Source: Eledone cirrhosa
Lineage: Eukaryota
Length of the DNA: 64,000 nucleotides
Direction: 5' to 3'
NCBI GenBank assembly: GCA_964016885.1
Contig: OZ024740.1
Span: 20,274,001 to 20,338,000, forward strand
Shown here: one piece after another, positions 1 through 9,682 of the stretch
Layout of the letters: each line of letters opens with the position of its first letter
Numbering within the stretch: position 1 is the stretch's first letter
Notes under the pieces: generated by a model
Database searches by the model: none
What the model saw: only the letters and a program-made list of their open reading frames with translations
What the model was told of the DNA's origin: nothing
Program-made: the position numbers and the translations under genes

Positions 1-1914
1 TACGAGCTATATGTAGCGATGCCGGACTTGTTCTCCGATATCCTCGAAGCGGTCTACTGCAACTGGCAGCAGAACGGGAGAATTCCCAGTTCTGTGACCG
101 AGGGCGTAGTTATGCTGGTGAGGAAGGATGAGAACAAGGGGGATGACATAAGTAACTTCAGGCCCATAACTCTGCTAAATACAGAGTTAAAGATTTTGGC
201 CAAGGTGTTAGCGAAGAGGTTGGCGCTTGTCGTTGGAAACCTGGTGGGAGAAGCGCGGACATGCGCAATCCCGTCCAGGTCCATTGCAGAAAGCGGCGTC
301 GGCCTACGCCGATGACGTGACAGTAATGGTGTCAAAAACCTCGCAAATCGGTGAGATCGGCACCTTACTGGAGGAATATGAAAAGTTTGCAGGAGCCAAG
401 CTGAACCGGGACAAGTCCGTCGGTTTGCAACTCGGAACATTGGAGAGGCAAACCGATGCCCTCCAATGACGTCGTCGGACGCTGGACGGAGGGCCCGGTG
501 AAGCTGCTTGGGGTCTGGTTCGGACCAGACCTCTAGGTGGAGAAAAACTGGAACGAGGTAACGGCCAGGGTGTTTGCACTCACCCAGAAGTGGGCCCAGT
601 GCAAACTATCCCTGAAAGGTGGAGCGGAGGGGGCGAATACTTATATAGCATCCGTCATCTACTACCGCTTGACCGTCGTGCCTTGCCCAGTGAAAAGACT
701 CGCCAAAATGGAATGCGCGCTGTTCCAACTTCTTTGGAACAAGCGGAACCCTTTGGTGAGCAGATCCATCTGCTGTCAACACCCTTCGAAAGGAGGGCTG
801 GGGATGCCGTGGCTACAGATGCGTAAACACGCATTAAGGCTACGGCACCTCCAGGTATTCCTCACCGGTCAACCGGTGTGGGCCCCATTTGTGAGGCGAG
901 CCTTTCCCAGACTCGTCTCGCTCACCGAGCTGCAATCCTGGATCAAGCAAAGACCGAAAAAAGTGGGCGACTGGCACATTGAATGTGCCCAGGCGCTCAC
1001 GGCCCTCTGGAAAGCGGACCCGGCAATCAGTGGAGACTCCACCTCGACATTCTATAGAGGGTTGGTACGCAGCAGGTGCGACGATGCTCTCGGAGAAGCT
1101 CTAGGCATGGAGGAAAATGAACTGGCCAGTCTGTTCGGTAGGACGTTTGGCCCTGGACCGATGGACAACTTCCAAAAGTCCCTGGCTTGGCAGTGCTACC
1201 GAGGGGCTCTACCCGTTCGAGACAAGCTCCACAGGCATGGGAGCCTGGGTAGGGATCCTTTGAATAAGATCTGTCCGAGATGCGTGCATGACGACGAAAC
1301 CGTTGCACACGCATTCGTACACTGCCCAGGCATTGCTGACCTGTGGGGCTATGTGGAACGACTACTCGAGGGTGGCACCAATTCGGTTGACCACCGAGTC
1401 CATTGTCACGATCAAACCGCCTCCCCCTTTCAAAAACGAAGGAGAGGCGGTTTTTCTCTGTGTGATAGCCATGGCTAAAGAAGTTGTATGGTGGACGAGG
1501 CTGAAAGGGCTGAGGTCAGACACCTTTCTCTCCGGCCAACAACTGGTCCCCTTTTTCAAATACCATTTTAAAAGAAGGATCAGAATGGAGAGAGAGGTGC
1601 TCTACCCCAGCAAGTTTTATGAAAGGTGGGTGAAAGTAGGGAGAATGGCCAGAGTGAATGGGTCTTCTCTCTATATCAGCCTGTAGGTGAAAGAAGAGGA
1701 GACGAGGGAAGCACCTACTCTTTGTGCTCCTGAGGAGAAGGGTTGCACATTTTTTCCGGGGTGTGTGCGACCCATGTTAATGCCCCCTCCCTATTGAGGA
1801 CTTTGTTTGTTGTTGTTATTTCATTGTTATATTTTTGTACTCGTTAATTATATGTAAACTTCCCCCCTTGTATCTGTCCCTACCTTTTGTGCCCTAGTGG
1901 CAAATAAAGAAATC
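1..1914 (+). mobile_element. Tx1/L1-clade LINE, 3' part (runs off the window start), decayed copy 1
   Basis: Near-identical to 5818-8100. Has FRPITLLN, YADD and CPRC...H...C motifs. Lesions: 359-bp internal deletion at ~285, TAG at 534-536, frameshifts near 440 and 1365. Ends AATAAAGAAATC at 1903-1914. Confidence 0.93.
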
Positions 1915-2419
1915 ACTCTATATATACTATTGTATTTTCACAGTAAAGGCTTTACCTCACATAATATCTACATTACTCTATATATACTTGTTTCTACTTT
2001 AGGCACAAGGCCAGCAATTACTGGTACTTTATTTTATCGACCCCGTAAGGATGAAAGGCAAAGTCAACCTTGGCGGGATTTGAACTCAGATCGTAAAGGG
2101 ACGTAGCTATGCTTGAAAGCATGGCGTCCGACCCTCTACCGCTACTGCCAATCCACCGCATTACTCTATATATACTATTGCATTTTCACAATAAAGGCTT
2201 TACCTTACATAATATCTCGCATAACATTTACATTACTCTATATATACTATTGTATTTTCACAGTAAAGGCTTTATCTCACATAATATCTACATTACTTTA
2301 TATATACTATTGTATTTTCACAGTAAAGGCTTTACCTCACATAATATCTACATTACTCTATATATACTATTGTATTTTCACAGTAAAGGCTTTACCTCAC
2401 ATAATATCTCACATAACAT
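1915..2419 (+). repeat. 72/60-bp satellite, segment 1 (interrupted by a SINE)
   Basis: Unit TTACTCTATATATACTATTGTATTTTCACAGTAAAGGCTTTACCTCACATAATATCTCACATAACATTTACA (72 bp), plus a 60-bp variant. Confidence 0.95.
1989..2158 (-). mobile_element. tRNA-derived SINE with Nin/Deu-like core, 18-bp target-site duplication
   Basis: Reverse complement has head GCGGTGGATTGGCAGTAGCGGTAGAG, B-box-like GAGTTCAAATCC and core GCCTTTCATCCTTACGGGGTCGATAAAATAAAGTACC. CATTACTCTATATATACT is present at 1971-1988 and 2159-2176. Confidence 0.9.
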
Positions 2420-2654
2420 CTCGTATACGAGAGACGTGTGTTGACGTGCGTGAACAAGCTCGGATACCGAGTCGGATTTAACAAGCTCGGATACCGAGTC
2501 GGATTTACTTACTCAAAAGTGAGTTTTGATTAATTTTTATACTGTAATATACGTTAACCCCTTGCCTTGGTCGTCAAACTTTGCGTTTATTTATTTTCGC
2601 CCCTTTTGGGGGCAAATTTTCTAGTTAAAAATTTATTACGGCAAACTAATAGAA

Positions 2655-4404
2655 ATGGACGGAATTTTCACATCTCATCCTAACGTGAAAGCCACGCCCT
2701 CTAAGAAAGGTGATACAGAGAAGCTAGAAGCACAAGGCTCTAAGTCTTCCCTCCTCACTTCTGCAAAAGAAACATGGAACACGGAATTAAAAGAAAAATT
2801 TGTAAAAATGGGTGAAAACCCAGAAAGTCACATAAACGCAGACAAAAACAACAACGACAATAACAGCAATAGTCACAACACCAACCAAGGAAAAAATAAC
2901 GATAACACCAAACAAAGCGAACCCACTACTGGTGCCTCCTTTGCACAGGCGGTCCGGAAAACACAAACCTGCAAGCAACTGGACATTACAACTCTGAGAG
3001 AAAAGATGAAGGAAGCGAAACAATATGTAACTTTCAAAGAAGGAGGAGACTTCACAATCACCTCCCCACAAGAAATCAAAAGAGACACGACGCTAAGAAC
3101 GATATCTTTCAGAACAATTTCCAACATAACAAGGAAACCAGCTCAATTATCCCAAAAAGAGATTGAGCTGGTCCTAAAAAATGTGTGGAGTGATATATCG
3201 TTCATACAAAAAGGGCCACTCTATGGGAATATAACGGTCCTAATGAAGGATCAATTGACGGCCAGGAAATACTCTGTGGCGCCAATTGTTTCCAAGCTAC
3301 ATACATTTTTCCCCACATATTTAGGGAAAAGAACGCAGAAAATAAGGGTCTCCGGAATCCGGCCAAATGCATGCATTTCCTGGGTACTAACAGGATTTTT
3401 AGAAGACGAGGACGGAATCCTCTCAGTAGGAGAAGTCACCACAGACGTTTTCGACGGTTTGAGCGTGGAGGTTCTGGTCCAAATGAGACCAGAACGAATA
3501 GCTAGAATACCACAGAGGGTGTCCCTCGATGGAGAAACATTTATATACATTTCAGCCGAGGGTAGGAGACCCATATGTTACTACTGTTCAGGCAGGGGTC
3601 ATCTAAGGGCTGCTTGTCCTCAATTGACAAAAAAAAAAAGCTCTTTTGCCTACACCCCACACACCACCACCACCACCACCACCACCACCACCTCCACCAC
3701 CTCCACCACCACCACCACAACAACAACAAAAACAACACGGAAAAATAACACAAGACACGGCCCCACCCAAAACAACTCCCAAAACACACACAAATACAAC
3801 AAAACCCCAAAATACACCACTACCCGACAGCACGGACGAGGACCCAGCTGAAACGGCACCTAGTGACGAAGAGGGGGAACCCTTCCAACCTGTAAAAAGG
3901 AAAAAAAGAAAGCACCACTCGAACATAAACGAAACAAACACACAACCACCAACAAAAACAAAACAAACAGAACAAACAAAATCCGCCCCACCCCAAAACA
4001 TAACACATACAACAAAACGTAAGCACACACAAGAACAACAAACAAACACAACACAAATAAAACAGTATACATACATTAACACAAATAACAAAGAACTAGT
4101 AAAAACAATACACAAAGACCCTTCGGTGGAAACTGAAGGGCAATTCTTTGCAAGCGCGGCCAACAAACCGCATTTAAAAATGATAAGACTCCCAATGGAC
4201 ACCTATGCAAAACTAAGAGAGAACTTTCCTGCGGACGTGGGGAAAACATGTACTCGACCCTATAACCGCGTCCTCTTGAAACGTTTCCCCACCCACACCT
4301 CCCCAAACACCCCCACTCCACCACAGAACAACACCCCACCAAACAACCCCTCCAATACGCCCATGGATATTGTGCAACCTGCTCCTCAGGAGCCGAACAG
4401 GTAG
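2655..4404 (+). pseudogene. LINE ORF1 (gag-like zinc-knuckle protein), split by a +1 frameshift
   Basis: ORF 2655-3851 has CYYCSGRGHLRAAC (CX2CX4HX4C). It continues in the frame of ORF 3646-4404 (poly-Pro, DEEGEPFQPVKRKKRK), which stops just upstream of the ORF2 ATG at 4426. An A11 run at 3629-3639 is the likely shift site. Confidence 0.82.
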
Positions 4405-4425
4405 GTCCTTCCTCTTTTAACCAAC

Positions 4426-7400
4426 ATGGCTGATATAAGAGTTGGGTGTCTCAATGTACGCGGCCTGGGACTGTCTTGGAAACAAGGCAAACTTTTAAAC
4501 GATCTCAAGTCGCATAGAATGGATGTAATGGCTATTTGCGAGTCCAGGATCAGCAGCGAGCACCAACTGGCGCCCCTCTTCGACGACTTTGAGATCTTCG
4601 CATCTCTCTGTCAACCGGGGGGTGGGGGTGGAGTTGTCGTTCTGCTGCGAAAACACCTGGGCCTCGCCATACAGAAGGTGCACCTGGACCCGGAGGGTCG
4701 ACTGGTGGTTTTAGACGTCGGCAGTAGTGAAAGTGGAGCCCTTAGACTAATAGCTGTGTACGCCCCTTTTTGGGCAGCGCGGCCGGAATACTTCCAACGT
4801 CTGCAAACTTTTCTGGGAACGTCCTGCTCCTTGCTTTTAGTGGGGGACTGGAATGGTATCCTGGATGCACGTTGGGACTATGTAGGGGCATGTGCCAATA
4901 GAGGGGGGTGTAAAAGCCTCAAAAGGTTAATCGGCCGATTTGACCTGGCCGATAGATATCGACTAGATTTTCCGACTGTACCACTATGGACGTGGACCAA
5001 TCGCAGCGGAACATCTAGGTCGTACCTAGATGGGGTCCTAGTTAGAGAGAAGAATAGGGACACATTTAGCTGTCCAAAAATGTTCATGGTTGACTATTCG
5101 GATCACAAGTTAGTGACCTGCATAGCCAACCTTGATAGAACCCATAGACAGGGACCCGGTTACTGGAAGCTGAACTTGTCCTTACCGAGAAGCAAAGCTT
5201 ACAGTAAACGGATTAGCACGTTAGTTAAGCAGAGTTTGACAGGGGCAATTGTCAACAACAGGTGGTGGAGCTCTCTTAAGAGAGCAATTAGAATAGAATC
5301 GATAGGTTTTAGTCAGGAATTAGCAAGGGATAGGAACAAGACGGAAAGGGAATTAGTAGATAGAGTAGAAGAGGCGATTAGGAGTGGCAATGTAGCCGGC
5401 GTGCTGGCATCAAGAATGGCCTTAGACCAGTTCTTTGAGGTGAAGCATGAAGGCTGCGTTGTCAGGAGTAAAATACGTGCTCTGGGTAATGAGGGAGCCA
5501 AAGCTGTGAGCTGGGCCCGAGTGACAGAGGCAAAAAGTGGGAACAAGTCCACGATTCGGTCTTTGAAGGACCAGGATGGGCGTGTGATCCTTGAACCTGG
5601 GCAGATGTGTGCGGCCTTTCAGCGGCACTTTGCACGACTGTTCGAGAGGGGCGGCGCACCGGGTGAGACTATGGATTTCAATCCATACCTCGACGGTCTG
5701 CCGCGCCTCTCGGACGCGGAGGCGAAATCCTGCGAAAGGACGATTTCAGCTGCTGAAATAGGGGCGCCGCTGAGCCAATGCGGCAAACGCAAATCCCCGG
5801 GTCTCGATGGTCTACCATACGACCTATATGTAGCGATGCCGGACTTGTTCTCCGATATCCTCGAAGCGGTCTACTGTAACTGGCAGCAGAACGGGAGAAT
5901 TCCCAGTTCTGTGACCAAGGGCGTAGTTACGCTGGTGAGGAAGGATGAGAACAAGGGGGATGACATAAGTAACTTCAGGCCCATAACTCTGCTAAATACA
6001 GAGTTAAAGATTTTGGCCAAGGTGTTAGCGAAGAGGTTGGCGCTTGTCGTTGGAAACCTGGTGGGAGAAGCGCAGACATGCGCAATCCCGTCCAGGTCCA
6101 TTCACGACAATCTCCACCTTATGCGATACATCATAGAGAGGGTAGGGAATGAACCCGGCTTTGGTGGGGCCCTGATCAACTTGGATCAATCTAAAGCTTT
6201 CGATAGGGTTGACCATCGTTACCTGGATGCGGTGCTCGCGGCGGCAGGCTTCGGACCCGTTTTCAGGGGTTGGATTGCTGCGATGCACAGCAACAACGTC
6301 TGCTCAAGGGTCAAGGTGAACGGCCACCTCTCGGAGCCGTTCCAAATCATGCGATCCATCTGACAGGGATGCCCTCTCTCCTCCCTACTGTATGTGCTGG
6401 CTCTTGAGCCACTACTGCGGAAGTTGGAGCGGTTGCAGGGCATCCCTTTGGAACCGGGATTGCAGAAAGCGGCGTCGGCCTACGCCGATGACGTGACAGT
6501 AATGGTGTCGAAAACCTCGCAAATCGGTGAGATCGGCACCTTACTGGAGGAATATGAAAGGTTTACAGGAGCCAAGCTGAACCGGGACAAGTCCGTCGGT
6601 TTGCAACTCGGAACATGGAGAGGCAAACCGATGCCCTCCAATGACGTCGTCGGACGCTGGACGGAGGGCCCGGTGAAGCTGCTTGGGGTCTGGTTCGGAC
6701 CAGACCTCCAGGTGGAGAAAAACTGGAACGAGGTAACGGCCAGGGTGTTTGCACTCACCCAGAAGTGGGCCCAGTGCAAACTATCCCTGAAAGGTGGAGC
6801 GGAGGTGGCGAATACTTATATAGCATCCGTCATCTACTACCGCTTGACCGTCGTGCCTTGCCCAGTGAAAAGACTCGCCAAAATGGAGTGCGCGCTGTTC
6901 CAATTTCTTTGGAACAAGCGGACCCCTTTGGTGAGGAGATCCATCTGCTGCCAACACCCTTCGAAAGGAGGGCTGGGGATGCCGTGGCTACAGATGCGTA
7001 AACACGCATTAAGGCTACGGCACCTCCAGGTATTCCTCACCGGTCAACCGGTGTGGGCCCCGTTTGTGAGGCGAGCCTTTCCCAGACTCGTCTCGCTCAC
7101 CGAGCTGCAATCCTGGGTCAAGCAAAGACCGAGAAAAGTGGGCGACTGGCACATTGAATGTGCCCAGGCGCTCACGGCCCTCTGGAAAGCGGACCCGGCA
7201 ATCAGTGGAGACTCCACCTCGACATTCTATAGAGGGTTGGTACGCAGCAGGTGCGACGATGCTCTCGGAGAAGCTCTAGGCATGGAGGAAGATGAACTGG
7301 CCAGTCTGTTCGGTAGGACGTTTGGCCCTGGACCAATGGACAACTTCCAAAAGTCCCTGGCTTGGCAGTGCTACCAAGGGGCTCTACCCGTTCGAGACAA

Positions 7401-7863
7401 GCTCCACAGGCATGGGAGCCTGGGTAGAGATCCTTTGAATAAGATCTGTCCGAGATGCGTGCATGACGACGAAACCGTTGCGCACACATTCGTACACTGC
7501 CCAGGCATTGCTGACCTGTGGGGCTATGTGGAACGACTACTGTCGAGGGTGGGACCAATCCGGTTGACCACCGCGTCCATTGTCACGATCAAACCGCCTC
7601 CCCTTTTCAAAAACGAAGGAGAGGCGGTTTTTCTCTGTGTGATAGCCATGGCTAAAGAAGTTGTATGGTGGACGAGGCTGAAAGGGCTGAGGTCAGACAC
7701 CTTTCTCTCCGGCCAACAACTGGTCCCCTTTTTCAAATACCATTTTAAAAGAAGGATCAGAATGGAGAGAGAGGTGCTCTACCCCAGCAAGTTTTATGAA
7801 AGGTGGGTGAAAGTAGGGAGAATGGCCAGAGTGAATGGGTCTTCTCTCTATATCAGCCTGTAG
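4426..7863 (+). pseudogene. LINE ORF2 (APE endonuclease + reverse transcriptase + zinc finger) with one in-frame stop
   Basis: Motifs CLNVRGL, AVYAP, GDWN, SDH; KSPGLDG, FRPITLLN, DQSKAFDRV, I*QGCPLS, YADD; CPRC...HTFVHC. ORFs 4426-6363 and 6394-7863 are in the same frame, separated by TGA at 6361-6363. Confidence 0.93.
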
Positions 7864-8100
7864 GTGAAAGAAGAGGAAAAAGAGGAGACGAGGGAAGCAC
7901 CTACTCTTTGTGCTCCTGAGGAGAAGGGTTGCACATTTTTTCCGGGGTGTGTGCGACCCATGTTAATGCCCCCTCCCTATTGAGGACTTCGTTTGTTGTT
8001 GTTATTTCATTGTTATATTTTTGTACTCGTTAATTATATGTAAACTTCCCCCCTTGTATCTGTCCCTACCTTTTGTGCCCTAGTGGCAAATAAAGAAACC

Positions 8101-8874
8101 ACTCTATATATACTATTGTATTTTCACAGTAAAGGCTTTACGTCACATAATATCTCACATAACATTTACATTACTCTATATATACTATTGTATTTTCACA
8201 GGAAATGCTTTACCTCACATAATATCTCACATAACATTTACATTACTCTATATTTACTGTTGTATTTTCACAGTAAAGGCTTTACCTCACATAATATCTC
8301 ACATAAGATTTACATTACTCTATATTTACTGTTGTATTTTCACAGTAAAGGCTTTACCTCACATAATATCTCACATAATATCTACATTACTCTATATATA
8401 CTATTGTATTTTCACAGTAAAGGCTTTACCTCACATAATATCTACATTACTCTATATATACTATTGTATTTTCACAGTAAAGGATTTACCTCACATAATA
8501 TCTCACATAACATTTACATTACTCTCTATATACTATTGTATTTTCACAGTAAAGGCTTTACCTCACATATCTCACATAACATTTACATTACTCTATATAT
8601 ACTATTGTATTTTCACAGTAAAGGCTTTACCTCACATAATATCTACATTACTCTATATATACTATTGTATTGTCAGAGTAAAGGCTTTACCTCACATAAT
8701 ATCTCACATAACATTTACATTACTCTATATATACTATTGTATTTTGACAGTAAAGGCTTTACCTAACATAATACCTCACATAACATTTACATTACTCTCT
8801 ATATACTATTGTATTTTCACAGTAAAGGCTTTACCTCACATAATATCTCACATAACATTTACATTACTCTCTAT
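8101..8874 (+). repeat. 72/60-bp satellite, segment 2
   Basis: About 11 tandem units of the same monomer as 1915-2419. Confidence 0.95.
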
Positions 8875-9566
8875 CATCCCCTTAATTTCATAGTCCTTCC
8901 AAATCCTATAGCATTTTCTATCCTCAGATTTCCAATTCTTGTTTCACTACTAGCCATTCTATCCTATTTCCTCCTGTATTCTGTGTATTCTCTCCTGTAT
9001 TTTCCAAAACAAATCTTGTATTTTTGTTATTGCTTGTTAAATACGAAAGTTTTTGGCGTATTTTACTAAACAAATCTTGTATTTTTGTTATCGCTTGTTA
9101 AATACGAGGATCTCACTTAAACCTATTCTTCTCTCATATAATATTTTAAATATATTTGTTATTATTTCAAACTCTTAATTCCCGCTCCTTAATATCCTCT
9201 CCCCCTCTACCACACTCTACAACATGCGGTCAAACGCCCCCCCCCCCTCCCCTCTCTCTATCTATATATATATAAGATAACCGCCACAAGTAATTCACTT
9301 TCGCCAAACTTGTGGGTGTTTTTCCTTCATGGTATAATGTAATGTACACATTTTTTTAGCTTTTCTAACATCCCCTTAATTTCATAGTCCTTCCAAATCC
9401 TATAGCATTTTCTATCCTCAGATTTCCAATTCTTGTTTCACTACTAGCCATTCTATCCTATTTCCTCCTGTATTCTGTGTATTCTCTCCTGTATTTTCCA
9501 AAACAAATCTTGTATTTTTGTTATCGCTTGTTAAATACGAGGATCTCACTTAAACCTATTCTTCTC
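8875..9566 (+). repeat. Direct repeat of ~198 bp (8875-9133 and 9369-9566) in the putative RTE 5' region
   Basis: CATCCCCTTAATTTCATAG...AAACCTATTCTTCTC occurs twice; the first copy is 61 bp longer because of an internal partial duplication. Confidence 0.9.
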
Positions 9567-9682
9567 GCTAACAACTCAACACCCCTCCCTCTCGCCCCCA
9601 CGCACCACCATTACTATTACTTGGACCAATCATAAGCCAGAGGCCTATACTATCGCTTACCTGGTCGCCTTCGATATGTAGG

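Larger units (their letters stand above)
2420..8100 (+). mobile_element. Apparently full-length Tx1/L1-clade non-LTR retrotransposon (copy 2), ~5.7 kb
   Basis: 5'UTR, ORF1 with CCHC knuckle, ORF2 with APE endonuclease, RT and C-terminal zinc finger, 3'UTR with AATAAA at 8089-8094. Satellite on both sides. Confidence 0.93.

Noticed and set aside
6361-6363. Stop rescue by A-to-I editing or readthrough (also TAG at 12706)
   Set aside because: Both are simple point mutations of expected codons (CGA Arg; TAT Tyr is present in sibling copies). Editing would give Trp, and nothing in the sequence supports it.
8083-8766. ORFs of repeating YFHSKGFTSHNISHNIYITLYILL (also 1897-2481, 13273-13560, 34045-36136)
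   Set aside because: Translations of the 72-bp satellite; unit length is a multiple of 3 and several frames are open.
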